Positions 11,327 to 22,693 are shown, counted from the stretch's first letter. The stretch is DNA of 51,248 nucleotides from Armatimonadota bacterium (GCA_034722055.1 JAYENL010000288.1:7242-58489), one strand, 5' to 3'. Numbers and translations are program-made. The notes: generated by a model from the sequence alone, not told the origin.

Positions 11327-12373
11327 TCAGCGCATGATGGCCTTGACGAGCTTCAAGGCCCCCTGGTTCCAGGCCACGCGGTGGGTAATACCTGTGGCCT
11401 GTCCCAGCTCGTCTTTGTGATCCAGATACCACTGGTAGGATCGGATCAGCGCCTCAGCGTTGGAGTACTGAGCCGACCAGCCCAGCGTCTGCTTGATCTT
11501 GTCCACGGCCACGAAGCTGTCAGTGTCGGCGGTGCCGTAGACCCACTTATACAGCGGCGAGAGATGCAGCGCCTCCAGCAGCGCCAGGGCGGGCTTGACC
11601 AGCCACGCCGGCGTGCCCATCACGCGGGCGCCGGTGCCCGCATACTCGCACAGCGCCCCCACGTCCTCGCGGACCGTCTGGAACTGTTCGGCGCCCACGT
11701 TAAAGGTGTCGTTGCATATGTCAGGATCCTCGGTGGCGCACAGCCACATGGCCTCACAGAGGTCCTCGACCTCCAGAAGCTGGTAGCGGTTGGAGCCGTC
11801 GCCGATGACGGGGATCTTGCAGCCGCTCTCCACCCAGTCGTAGAGGATCTGGAAGACGCCCAGGCGGGCGGTGCCGATGAAGGTCTTGGGGCGGACGATG
11901 CCGATAGGCAGATCGTCCTGGTACTGATGGCAGACCTCCTCGGCCTGCACCTTGCTCTCACCGTATGGCCCCACGCCCTCCATGGGATGGTCCTCGTGGA
12001 GGGGATGCACCTCCGGGATGCCGTAGACGGCCGTGGAGGAGACGTAGACCACGCGGGGGACGCCCAGCGCCCGCGCCACCTCCAGCGCGTTGCGGGTACC
12101 ATCCACATTCGTCGAGAAGATGTCTTCCGGCTTCCACAGCGGCAGGGCGGCGGCGGCGTGGATGAGGCAGTCCAGCTCCCGGCCCTCGAGAGCCTGCTGC
12201 AAGGCGTCGCGGTCGCGCACGTCGCAGGTGAGGAACTGCGTGCCCTGGGGGTAGTCGGACTCGATGTAGTCGGCGATGTCCAGCAGCACGAATCGGTTCT
12301 CGGGGTCCTTGCGGGCGAAGCAATTGGCGATGTGATAGCCGAGAAAGCCGGCGCCGCCGGTCATGGCGATCAT
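11327..12373 (-). CDS. NAD-dependent epimerase/dehydratase (extended SDR)
   Basis: TGGAGFLG, IHAAA, NVDGTRN, SSTAVYG and catalytic YGESK; GGAGG upstream of ATG 12373. Confidence 0.9.
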   Translation of the reverse strand: MIAMTGGAGFLGYHIANCFARKDPENRFVLLDIADYIESDYPQGTQFLTCDVRDRDALQQALEGRELDCLIHAAAALPLWKPEDIFSTNVDGTRNALEVARALGVPRVVYVSSTAVYGIPEVHPLHEDHPMEGVGPYGESKVQAEEVCHQYQDDLPIGIVRPKTFIGTARLGVFQILYDWVESGCKIPVIGDGSNRYQLLEVEDLCEAMWLCATEDPDICNDTFNVGAEQFQTVREDVGALCEYAGTGARVMGTPAWLVKPALALLEALHLSPLYKWVYGTADTDSFVAVDKIKQTLGWSAQYSNAEALIRSYQWYLDHKDELGQATGITHRVAWNQGALKLVKAIMR

Positions 12374-12452
12374 GATCCCAGGGTCCCTCCAGAAGACGGT
12401 CTGCCGCAGCCACACCAGCGGACGAGCGATGGGATCGCCCGCCGCGGGCAGG

Positions 12453-12479
12453 TTCGGGCACAACCTGCCCTCGACCTTC
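12453..12479 (-). promoter_or_regulatory. Putative sigmaH-like promoter GAAGG-N17-CCGAA for the epimerase gene
   Basis: Matches the recurrent motif; overlapped by the inverted repeat GGGCAGGTT-N7-AACCTGCCC (12446-12470). Confidence 0.5.
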
Positions 12480-12552
12480 AACGCGGCAGTCGGCACCCAA
12501 GGTTCCTGCGCGGCTGCGTGGAGACAGCGGGGCCCGCAAAGACGGCGCTCTG

Positions 12553-12581
12553 TTGACCACCGGGGGAGGCGCGCCTATAAT
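12553..12581 (+). promoter_or_regulatory. Sigma70-type promoter TTGACC-N17-TATAAT
   Basis: Perfect -10, 5/6 -35 and 17-nt spacer, 63 nt upstream of the nucleotidyltransferase ATG. Confidence 0.85.
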
Positions 12582-12644
12582 CGGGGCCACTATCTGGAGA
12601 GCCGCTGGCGGTCACCACGCCAACGCCGCGATGCGAGGTCGAGC

Positions 12645-13340
12645 ATGAACGCCATCATCCTCTGCGCAGGGCACGGGACGCGCCTGCGCCCCCTCACCTA
12701 CTACCTCTCCAAGGCCATGGTGCCGGTTGCGGGCGTGCCAGTGATCGAGCACATCATCGTTCGGCTGCGCGATCACGGCTTCGACGAGCAGATCATCGCG
12801 CTGTCGTGGATGGCCGATCAGGTGACGCACTACCTCGGCGACGGCAGCCGCCTGGGCGTGCAGATCCAGTACTCCATCAACACTGAGCCGTCGGGCACGG
12901 CCGGCGAGGTCCATAACCTGCGCGAGCTGCTGGAGGGCGAGGAGCACATCCTGGTCCATTACGGTGACATCCTCACGAACCTCGACGTGCGCGGGCTTGC
13001 CGACGAGCACCTGGAACGTCAGCCGACCGCCACGCTGGGGTTCGTGACCGGAATCGCTTTCCATGCGGGGGTGGCGGAGGTGGCCGACGACGGCACGGTG
13101 CTCAGCTTCGTGGAGAAGCCGCCCATTGAGAAGCCCACGAACGCCGCGGTCTTCGCCCTCAGCCGCCGGGCGCTGGACTACTGCGGGCCGGGCAGGGACT
13201 TCTCGCGGGACGTCTTTCCGGAGCTGATCGCGGCCGGGGAGGTCGTCCGGGGCTTCGTGGATCGCGAGGCGTGGTGGATTGACGTGGGCCGGCTGTCGGA
13301 CCTGGAGAGGGCAAACGAGTTCCTCGGAGGAGGGCATTGA
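12645..13340 (+). CDS. NDP-sugar pyrophosphorylase / nucleotidyltransferase (mannose-1-P guanylyltransferase-like, no hexapeptide domain)
   Basis: AIILCAGHGTRLRPLT..SKAMVPVAG, GDGSRLG, SGTAG, HYGD, FVEKP, WIDVG. Confidence 0.9.
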   Translation: MNAIILCAGHGTRLRPLTYYLSKAMVPVAGVPVIEHIIVRLRDHGFDEQIIALSWMADQVTHYLGDGSRLGVQIQYSINTEPSGTAGEVHNLRELLEGEEHILVHYGDILTNLDVRGLADEHLERQPTATLGFVTGIAFHAGVAEVADDGTVLSFVEKPPIEKPTNAAVFALSRRALDYCGPGRDFSRDVFPELIAAGEVVRGFVDREAWWIDVGRLSDLERANEFLGGGH

Positions 13341-15673
13341 TGAGCATCGAGACCACGGGCGAGCAGCAGGCGGACCGGGCGCTGACGGCGGCGCTGAAGT
13401 CCAAGGCGGTGGATCTTGGGGCGGACCTGGTGGGCGTGGGGCCGGTGGAGCGCTGGGAGGGCGCGCCGGCGCAGATGCATCCGCTGGGGCACTGGCCCCA
13501 GGCCCGCAACGTGGTGGTGGTGGCGATTCACCATCCGGACGCCTGCGTGGAGCTGGGCGGCATCCCCGACGCGCACCACATGGGCCCCTACGGCGTGCAG
13601 GGGAAGATGAACGAGCGACTGGGATACATCCAGTTCCACCTGGCGCGGTGGCTGGAAGGGCGCGGCCACGGCGCGCTGCCCATCCCACCCACCAACATCT
13701 GGCGCTACCGGCCCTTCCGGGAGATCGAGCGGCCCTTCGGGCCCGACCTGTCGAATATCCACGCCGCGGCGTGCACCGGGCTGGGGGAGATCGGCTACCA
13801 CGGGCTGCTGATGACCCCGGAGTTCGGCACCTGGCAGCGCTTCTGCTGCATGATCACCGACGCCCCGCTTGTGGCCGACCCCGTGTACGCCGGCCCGTCG
13901 CTGTGCGACCGCTGCGACGCCTGCGTCCGCATGTGCGAGGATCAGTGCGGCGGCGCGCTGGCGCACGAGGTGACCGGGGACGTGGTGCTCAACATCGATG
14001 GGATACAGTTCCGGTACGCCGAGAAGAACCTGTGGCGCTGCGCCTGGAGCGAGCACTTCGGCCTGGACGCCTTCCTGGACATCCCACCGCATGTGACCGA
14101 GGAGGTGATTCTCGAGAAGCTGCGCGAGCATGGGCGGCGCGGCGGCACTCAGGGGCCGTGCCTGAAGTACTGCCGGCCGCCGCACCTGCGGGGCCGCTAC
14201 CTGCACAAGGAGGTGCCGCCACAGGCGCCTGCGGATCGGCGGCTGACAGAGCGCATCAGGCGCATGGCGCGCGACGGCCACATGTCGCTGGTGGGGATCA
14301 TCTCGGCCGACCGCTGGGAGGAGGGTGAGGAGAACGATCCCCGCGAGCAGCTTCCGGACTGCCGCTCGGCGATCGTCTTTGCTGTGGACTGGCCGACGGA
14401 CTCCGACGTGTCGGGCTGCGGTCCGCTGCGCGAGCCCTGTGAGGCCGCACGGTGGGGCGCCTCCCTGCTGCTGGATCACCTTGAGCTGGACATGACCAGA
14501 GAGCTGGAGCGCTGGGACTACTACAGCGTCTGCCACACTACCTTCCGACCGCAGGAGGCGGCGGAGAGACTGGGGCTGCTGGAGAGCGTGGACGGCCAGC
14601 TCTTCAGCCCCCGCTTCGGCAATCGCCTGGCGTGGCGGGCGGTGCTGACGCAGGCGCCGCTGGCCGAGACCGCCACCGAGCTGGTCGAGTCCCGGAAGAG
14701 AGCGGCGCCGACGCTCGAGGAGCTTCGGGGCATGGTTGCCGAGGACGGCGCGGATCTGGTGGGCGTGACCTCGGCGAAGGCCGTCGCCGAGATCGCCGAG
14801 GAGCTGCGCGAGCAGATCGACGAGGACGCCCTGAAGGTGAACGTGCTGCAGAAGGGGCCGATCCACGGGCAGATCGAGCCGGAGATCGCCAGTCGGGAGG
14901 GGGCGCGCGTGTTCGCGCCGGAGGACTGGGTGGCGGGGGCGCGGTCGGTGATCGTGTTGGGGATGGGCTACCCGGCGCAGACGCTCGACCGCGCCGGCGA
15001 GGAGCCGGCGGTCGCCGTGGGGCCCTACGCCTTCGCCAGCTATGAGGTGACCCGCGACATCGGCATCGACGCCCTGAACATCGCGCGGGAGCTGGACCGC
15101 CGGGGCTTCCGGGCGGCGATCACCTACGACGTGACGGGCGTGGGCTCGAAGACGCAGAACCCGCGGTTCGCGACGCCGGACATCTTCTCCGGGCGCGTGG
15201 AGGCTGCGGCGGCAGGGCTGGGCGTCATCGGCCGTGGCGGCTTCGTCATCACCCCCGAGTTCGGCGTGCGCGTGCGCTGGGCGGCGGTCGTCACCGACGC
15301 GGAGATCCATCCCACAGAGGCCGTGGAGGGCTTCGACCCCTGCGAGGGCTGCGAGGCGCCCTGCATCCCCGCCTGCCCCGTGGCGGCCCTGGCCGAGGGC
15401 GAGGAGACCTGCGCCGGCGGCCGCTGCTTCGCCGCCCGAGACCTGCTGCGCTGCGACTGGGCGAAGCGCTACGCGCTGGTGGCCGATGAGGGGCCCGGGT
15501 TCATGGGCTCCACGACCGATGTGCCGCCGCCTGCGGGCGAGATCACGGCGGAGGACATCGCGGAGGCCATCCGCACCCGCGACCCTCTCCAGCGGCACCT
15601 GGACTGCATCCTGGAGCCCTGCCTGAAGGCGTGCCACGAGGTGCTGCGGGCGAGGGGGATCGGAGCTGCGTAA
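13340..15673 (+). CDS. Triple-module QueG/reductive-dehalogenase-like cobalamin and 4Fe-4S protein
   Basis: Three repeats of the module (GADLVG.../RSVIV/GLG.IG..G...TPEFG..R...TDA). Modules 1 and 3 carry Cys clusters (CDRCDACVRMC...RCAW...PCLKYC and CEGCEAPCIPACP...RCDW...C.LEPCLKAC); module 2 lacks them. TGATG overlap with the upstream stop. Confidence 0.8.
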   Translation: MSIETTGEQQADRALTAALKSKAVDLGADLVGVGPVERWEGAPAQMHPLGHWPQARNVVVVAIHHPDACVELGGIPDAHHMGPYGVQGKMNERLGYIQFHLARWLEGRGHGALPIPPTNIWRYRPFREIERPFGPDLSNIHAAACTGLGEIGYHGLLMTPEFGTWQRFCCMITDAPLVADPVYAGPSLCDRCDACVRMCEDQCGGALAHEVTGDVVLNIDGIQFRYAEKNLWRCAWSEHFGLDAFLDIPPHVTEEVILEKLREHGRRGGTQGPCLKYCRPPHLRGRYLHKEVPPQAPADRRLTERIRRMARDGHMSLVGIISADRWEEGEENDPREQLPDCRSAIVFAVDWPTDSDVSGCGPLREPCEAARWGASLLLDHLELDMTRELERWDYYSVCHTTFRPQEAAERLGLLESVDGQLFSPRFGNRLAWRAVLTQAPLAETATELVESRKRAAPTLEELRGMVAEDGADLVGVTSAKAVAEIAEELREQIDEDALKVNVLQKGPIHGQIEPEIASREGARVFAPEDWVAGARSVIVLGMGYPAQTLDRAGEEPAVAVGPYAFASYEVTRDIGIDALNIARELDRRGFRAAITYDVTGVGSKTQNPRFATPDIFSGRVEAAAAGLGVIGRGGFVITPEFGVRVRWAAVVTDAEIHPTEAVEGFDPCEGCEAPCIPACPVAALAEGEETCAGGRCFAARDLLRCDWAKRYALVADEGPGFMGSTTDVPPPAGEITAEDIAEAIRTRDPLQRHLDCILEPCLKACHEVLRARGIGAA

Positions 15674-15730
15674 ACGGGGCAGAACAGGGAGAGCGAAAGG
15701 CGAACAGCTCGCAGCGGACATCGGTGAACC

Positions 15731-16720
15731 ATGACCACGGTCAGCCTGCGCGTGCCCGGCAGGATCTGCCTGTTCGGGGATAAGATCGATATCGCCCACA
15801 AGCCCGTCATCGCCGCGGCCATCGATATGTTCATGTCCATCGAGGCCGAGCGCGCTGACGGGCCAGGGGTGACGTTGTACAGCCACGACTACGACGAGAC
15901 CGAGCGCTTTGAGATCGGCGAGGAGCCGGACATCACCGGGCATATGAAGTACGTGCAGGCGGCGGCGTGGCTGCTGCGCGAGAGGCTGCCGGGGGGATTC
16001 TCGATGCGCTTCTCGAGCGGCATCCCTATCGAGGCAGGGCTGAGCACCTCCGCGGCGCTGACGGTGGGCGCGATCATGGCCCTCGATGAACTGTTCGACC
16101 TGCAGATGAGTCTCAACGAGATAGCCGAGACGGCCTATGTGGCCGAGCATGACGTCTGCGGCATCTCCTGCGGCCGCATGGACCAGTATGCCATCGCCCA
16201 TGGCGGCGTGACCTTCATCACCACGGGCGAGCCCGCCTCCGCCGAGGTGCTTCCCATCGACGAGCTGCCGGTGGTGGTCGGCGATTCGGACGAGCCCCGG
16301 CACGCGTCGGAGGTGCTCAGCCGCACCCGCCGGCGCCTGGAGGAGGGCGATCCGGTGGTGGTGGAGGCCTTCGAGAGGCTGCACCAGTACACGCTCGCCG
16401 GCCGGGAGGCGCTGGTGGCAGGAGACGGCCCGCGGGTCGGCGAACTGATGACACGAAGCCAGGTTCAGGAGAAGCGGATCGACGCCTCGACGCCGAAGAT
16501 CGAGCGGCTGTGCGCGGCCTCCGTCGAGGCCGGCGCTCATGGGGCGAAGCAGATGGGCGCCGGCGGCGGGGGGTGCATGGTGGCGTACTGCCCCGGTCGC
16601 CAGAGGGAGGTGGCGGCGGCGATCGAGGCGGAGGGCGGCATTCCGTACATCTGCGACATCTTCAGGTGGTCGCCGGCCACGCAGGCGCGCGTCGGAAGCG
16701 GGGACGAGTCCGAATCGTGA
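15731..16720 (+). CDS. GHMP-family kinase (galactokinase/mevalonate kinase-like)
   Basis: PGRICLFGD, IPIEAGLSTSAA ATP loop, CGRMDQY, GAKQMGAGGGGCM. Confidence 0.9.
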   Translation: MTTVSLRVPGRICLFGDKIDIAHKPVIAAAIDMFMSIEAERADGPGVTLYSHDYDETERFEIGEEPDITGHMKYVQAAAWLLRERLPGGFSMRFSSGIPIEAGLSTSAALTVGAIMALDELFDLQMSLNEIAETAYVAEHDVCGISCGRMDQYAIAHGGVTFITTGEPASAEVLPIDELPVVVGDSDEPRHASEVLSRTRRRLEEGDPVVVEAFERLHQYTLAGREALVAGDGPRVGELMTRSQVQEKRIDASTPKIERLCAASVEAGAHGAKQMGAGGGGCMVAYCPGRQREVAAAIEAEGGIPYICDIFRWSPATQARVGSGDESES

Positions 16721-17991
16721 AGCGATCATCTACTGCAGCGCTCATCGCCGTGCTGGTAGCGGTCGCGGTGGCGCCCGCGCATGCGGGCGACATTGTGGAC
16801 GCCATCACGGCGCGGGTGCCCACGTACGCCCACTCCTACGCCGAGCTGATGGCGGCGCTGCAGGAGCTGCATGTCACCGAGAGAGTCACCTGCAGGAGCC
16901 TGGGGACCACCAGCACCGGCCGGACCGTGGCAATGGCGACGGTTCACGACCCCGACTACGACCCGGCCGATCTGCGCAGGTTGCTGATCATCGCGCGCCA
17001 GCACGGGAATGAGCCGGCGGGCACGGAGGCGGCGCTGGCGCTGCTGCGGCACCTGGCGGCCAGCGAGGGGCGCGCGGAGCGGGCGCTGCTGCGGCACGAG
17101 GCGCTGCTGATGATTCCCATGGCGAACCCCGACGGGGCCTGCCGGTCGGCGCGCCGCAACGCGGCGGGTGTGGACCTCAACCGCGACTGGCAGGCCCTCA
17201 GCCAGCCGGAGACGCGGGCCATCGAGGCGGCCTTCGAGAGCTGGCGGCCGGACGCGGTGATCGACCTGCACGAGCTCCCGGCGGCCTCCGGCAAGCCCTC
17301 CTACCAGGAGAACTTCGTGGAGACGATCGGGCGCTGCGAGGCGCTGCCGGCGCTGCTCGGGGAGCGCTGCGGCCGGACCGGCGCCATGCTCTCGGTGTGG
17401 ATGAAGCGCTACGGATTCCCGCTGAACTGCTACTACGATACGCCCGGGGACGACACGCGGCTGTGCCACCGGCACTTCGGCCTCGTGCATCAGGTGCCCT
17501 CATACCTCTTTGAGTCCAAGACGGGCCGGGGCAGGAGCCTGGCTGCCCGCGCGCGCTATCACATCCTGGGGATGCTGGTGGTCGCCAACCAGGTCGCCTA
17601 CCATCACGATGACCCCCTGGGGGCGGTACAGGTAGCGGCCGCGCCGCCCAGCCCGGAGCCGGAGGACGAGACCCACGTCGAGCCCGTCCCGGCGCGGAGG
17701 ACGGTGACTCTCGGCGAACCCCTGCCGGATGCCCAGCGCGAGAACCGGACGCTGCTGACCTGCGAGCTGGCGGGCGACGCCGGGGAGTTCGCCTACCTGA
17801 CCTTTGAGGTGAATGGGCGCGTGCTGGTGATGACGAATCGGGAGCCCTATCGGTACTCCCTGGATCACGCACAGTGCCCCGAGGGGCAGATCCGGGTGGC
17901 AGCGCGGGCCTTCGACGTCACCGGACGGTGCATCGCCAGCGACGAGCGGACAATGACGCTGCTGCAGCCGGGCGCGACGCTTGGGGAGTGA
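16717..17991 (+). CDS. Secreted M14 zinc carboxypeptidase with C-terminal Ig-like domain
   Basis: GTGA overlap start; signal peptide ending APAHA; QHGNE, NPDG, RRNAAGVDLNRD and IDLHE M14 motifs. Confidence 0.85.
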   Translation: MKRSSTAALIAVLVAVAVAPAHAGDIVDAITARVPTYAHSYAELMAALQELHVTERVTCRSLGTTSTGRTVAMATVHDPDYDPADLRRLLIIARQHGNEPAGTEAALALLRHLAASEGRAERALLRHEALLMIPMANPDGACRSARRNAAGVDLNRDWQALSQPETRAIEAAFESWRPDAVIDLHELPAASGKPSYQENFVETIGRCEALPALLGERCGRTGAMLSVWMKRYGFPLNCYYDTPGDDTRLCHRHFGLVHQVPSYLFESKTGRGRSLAARARYHILGMLVVANQVAYHHDDPLGAVQVAAAPPSPEPEDETHVEPVPARRTVTLGEPLPDAQRENRTLLTCELAGDAGEFAYLTFEVNGRVLVMTNREPYRYSLDHAQCPEGQIRVAARAFDVTGRCIASDERTMTLLQPGATLGE

Positions 17992-17996
17992 GCTGA

Positions 17997-20024
<2,028 letters not shown>

Positions 20025-20070
20025 CGCGGGCGGCCTGTCGCCGCCGGGCGCCGGGCTGGTGGTCTGTGCG

Positions 20071-20097
20071 GCAGGAACGTCAGCGGCGGTGCCCGAA
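20071..20097 (+). promoter_or_regulatory. Putative sigmaH-like promoter GCAGG-N17-CCGAA
   Basis: Recurrent motif about 70 nt upstream of the VanZ-trxA start. Confidence 0.5.
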
Positions 20098-20165
20098 GAG
20101 TTTGAAGTGAGGGTGCGGGACACTGCACTGTGCGGCCTCTGGGACTGATGGAGGGAGGCATTGAG

Positions 20166-20900
20166 TTGGGCTCGCGGGAGGCCTTTATCCGCTACTGGCT
20201 TCCGGCGGTGGTCTGTGCGGGGCTGATCCTGGTGGGGACGTCGCTGCCCAGGCCGCCGAGCCCGGGGATTCCCGGCAGCGACAAGGTGGCGCACCTGCTG
20301 GCGTACGCGGCCCTGGGTGTGCTGCTGATGCGGGCCTTTGGGGCCGAGAGACGGATGCCGGCCGTCCGCTCGGCGTTTGCGGCGGTGCTTGTCGGGGGGC
20401 TTTACGGGGTGATGGATGAGCTGCATCAGACACTCGTGCCGGGCCGATACTGCTCGGGTCTGGACATGGCTGCTGACGGCGCCGGGCTGGTGCTGGGGGC
20501 GGTCATTGTGGTACTGTGGTGGAAACGAAACCGACGACGTTCGGGGATCGCAGTCGCGCAAGGAGAGAGACAGACAATGGCGGAGCCGGTGCATGTTGAT
20601 CAGGCTGCCTTCGAGGTTGAGGTCCTGGGCTCGGACGTACCGGTCATGGTCGATTTCTGGGCGCCGTGGTGCGGGCCGTGTCATATGGTGGCCCCGACCC
20701 TCGAGCAGCTTGCCGCTGACTATGACGGGAAGGCCAAGATCGCGAAGGTGAACGTCGATAACAACCCGGACCTGGCCATGAAGTACGGGATCAGAAGCAT
20801 TCCTGCGCTGCTGGTGTTCAAGGGCGGTGAGGTGGTGGACATGCTCATCGGCGTGCAGCCGGAGGACGTGCTGAGACAGAAACTGGACGCGCTCGTGTGA
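20166..20900 (+). CDS. VanZ-family membrane protein fused in frame to thioredoxin
   Basis: GGAGG 7 nt before TTG 20166 (ATG 20148 is an alternative); DKVAHLLAY, DELHQ..VPGR and DMAAD VanZ motifs; no stop before the thioredoxin domain. Confidence 0.75.
   Translation: MGSREAFIRYWLPAVVCAGLILVGTSLPRPPSPGIPGSDKVAHLLAYAALGVLLMRAFGAERRMPAVRSAFAAVLVGGLYGVMDELHQTLVPGRYCSGLDMAADGAGLVLGAVIVVLWWKRNRRRSGIAVAQGERQTMAEPVHVDQAAFEVEVLGSDVPVMVDFWAPWCGPCHMVAPTLEQLAADYDGKAKIAKVNVDNNPDLAMKYGIRSIPALLVFKGGEVVDMLIGVQPEDVLRQKLDALV
20577..20900 (+). CDS. trxA: Thioredoxin (probable internal start inside the fusion ORF)
   Basis: VDFWAPWCGPC, GIRSIP; AAGGAG at 20560-20565 before ATG 20577. Confidence 0.9.
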   Translation: MAEPVHVDQAAFEVEVLGSDVPVMVDFWAPWCGPCHMVAPTLEQLAADYDGKAKIAKVNVDNNPDLAMKYGIRSIPALLVFKGGEVVDMLIGVQPEDVLRQKLDALV

Positions 20901-20993
20901 GAGGCCAGGCTGCGAGATCCCAGCGCGTGCGATATCAGCGCCGCCCTGGAGGGTGAGGCGGGCCTATGCAAAGAGAGGAGAGCGTGGTGGACC

Positions 20994-22583
20994 ATGGAAC
21001 GAGAGAGCATGACGCACCGGCATTCACACATCATGATTATCCTGGTCAGCATCCTGATCGGGATGCTGGTGGCCACGGTGGCGTGCACGTTGCCCCAGCA
21101 GAGCGCCACCCCGGCGATGGCGCAGGATACGCCCAGCGCCACGGCGCTGGAGACGGAGTTCACGCGCGTCGCCGAGGAGGTGCTGCCGGCCGTGGTGCGC
21201 ATCAACGTCGAGAGCGGCCCGGCCGAGGTGCCCGGGATGGAGGGTGTCCCGGAGCGGTTCCGGGAGTTCTTCCGGCAGTTCCCCTGGTTCGAGTTCCCGG
21301 AGGAGGAAGGCGAGGGTGGCGTGCAGCCGGTGCCACGGCCGCCCCGGCAGGGGGTCGGCTCAGGGTGGATCTACTCGGATGATGGCTACATCGTCACCAA
21401 CGCCCACGTGCTCGAGAACGCCCAGAAGGTGACCGTGGTGCTGCACGACCGCGAGAACGACGATAAGGAGTATCCCGCGGAGATCGTGGGTACCGACCCC
21501 AAGACGGACCTGGCAGTCGTGAAGGTGGACGCCGGCCGCACGCTGCCACACCTGAAGCTGGGGAGCTCCGGTGACCTCAAGGTGGCCTCCTGGGTTATGG
21601 CGGTAGGCGCCCCGTTCGAGCTGGAGCAGACCGTGACAGTGGGGGTGGTCAGCGCCAAGGGACGGCTCTGGAACGACCCGCGCAACCCCTACAACCGCAT
21701 CGAGTCCATCCAGACCGACGCCTCTATCAACCCTGGCAACTCCGGCGGGCCGCTGGTGAACCTGCGCGGCGAGGTCGTGGGCATCAACGTGGCCTACGCC
21801 GCGCCCATGCGCACGGGCAACATCGGCATCGGCTTCGCCATTCCCGCCGATACCGCCAAGCGGATCGTGCCCAGGCTCATCAAGGGCGAGAGCATCGCGC
21901 GGGGATGGCTGGGGATCAAGATCAGCCCCCTCAACGAGAACCTGAAGGAGTTCTACGGCGTTGACCACGGTGTGCTGGTCGCGGGCATCGACGAGGACGG
22001 ACCGGCCGCCGACAGCGACCTGCAGGCGGACGATGTGGTCGTGTCGGTGGAAGGCCAGCCCATCATGGACACCTGGGACCTGCAGTCGGCGATCGCGCAG
22101 AGCGCGCCGGGAGAGACCGTCACGCTCACGGTGGTGCGCAACAAGCAGGAGCGCACCATCGAGGTGACGCTGGGCGAGATGCCGGCGAAGTATGCGGGGC
22201 TGCCCGAGGAGGGGGAAGAGGCAGAGCCCGAAGAGGCGGCCGAGGAGGGTCCCCTGGGGATCTCCGTGATGCCCATTGAGGAGCTGACCCCGGAGATCGG
22301 CGCGCAGCTCGGCATCAAGGTGGAGGACGGTCACATCGCGGGCATCCCGCGCACCGAGGGCGTGGTCGTTAAGGGCCTCAAGCCCGACAGTCCTGCGGTC
22401 GGCAAGGTGCAGCCGGGCGACGTGGTGGCCAAGGTCAACGGCAATGAGATCACCTCGGTCGAGGACTTCCAGAGCGAGATGCAGAAGGCTCTGGAGGCGG
22501 ACCGGGACTTCGTGGTCCTGCACCTCACCAGGGTGTTCGAGGGCGAGGCCCTCACGCGGGTGGTGGACGTTGAGGTGGAGTAG
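20994..22583 (+). CDS. degP: DegP/HtrA serine protease with two PDZ domains
   Basis: TNAHV, DPKTDLAVVK and QTDASINPGNSGGPL catalytic motifs; RGWLGI PDZ1 and LGISV PDZ2; N-terminal signal/lipoprotein-like segment. Start may be 21009. Confidence 0.93.
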   Translation: MERESMTHRHSHIMIILVSILIGMLVATVACTLPQQSATPAMAQDTPSATALETEFTRVAEEVLPAVVRINVESGPAEVPGMEGVPERFREFFRQFPWFEFPEEEGEGGVQPVPRPPRQGVGSGWIYSDDGYIVTNAHVLENAQKVTVVLHDRENDDKEYPAEIVGTDPKTDLAVVKVDAGRTLPHLKLGSSGDLKVASWVMAVGAPFELEQTVTVGVVSAKGRLWNDPRNPYNRIESIQTDASINPGNSGGPLVNLRGEVVGINVAYAAPMRTGNIGIGFAIPADTAKRIVPRLIKGESIARGWLGIKISPLNENLKEFYGVDHGVLVAGIDEDGPAADSDLQADDVVVSVEGQPIMDTWDLQSAIAQSAPGETVTLTVVRNKQERTIEVTLGEMPAKYAGLPEEGEEAEPEEAAEEGPLGISVMPIEELTPEIGAQLGIKVEDGHIAGIPRTEGVVVKGLKPDSPAVGKVQPGDVVAKVNGNEITSVEDFQSEMQKALEADRDFVVLHLTRVFEGEALTRVVDVEVE

Positions 22584-22693
22584 CGTCCTGCGTCGAGAGC
22601 GGCCAGTGCAGGCCCCGGCGGGCGCCAGGGCCTGTTGCTTTCCACCGCCTCCATCAAAACTTAAAGCCTCACCGGAGAGGTCTGGAGGGCATA

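Noticed and set aside
13340..15673. Calling this gene queG or a respiratory rdhA
   Set aside because: Three modules, no Tat signal, no rdhB anchor and no queuosine genes nearby, so only family-level similarity is supported.
22611..22641. Terminator after degP
   Set aside because: Imperfect stem with a very small loop and an interrupted U-tract; too weak to call.
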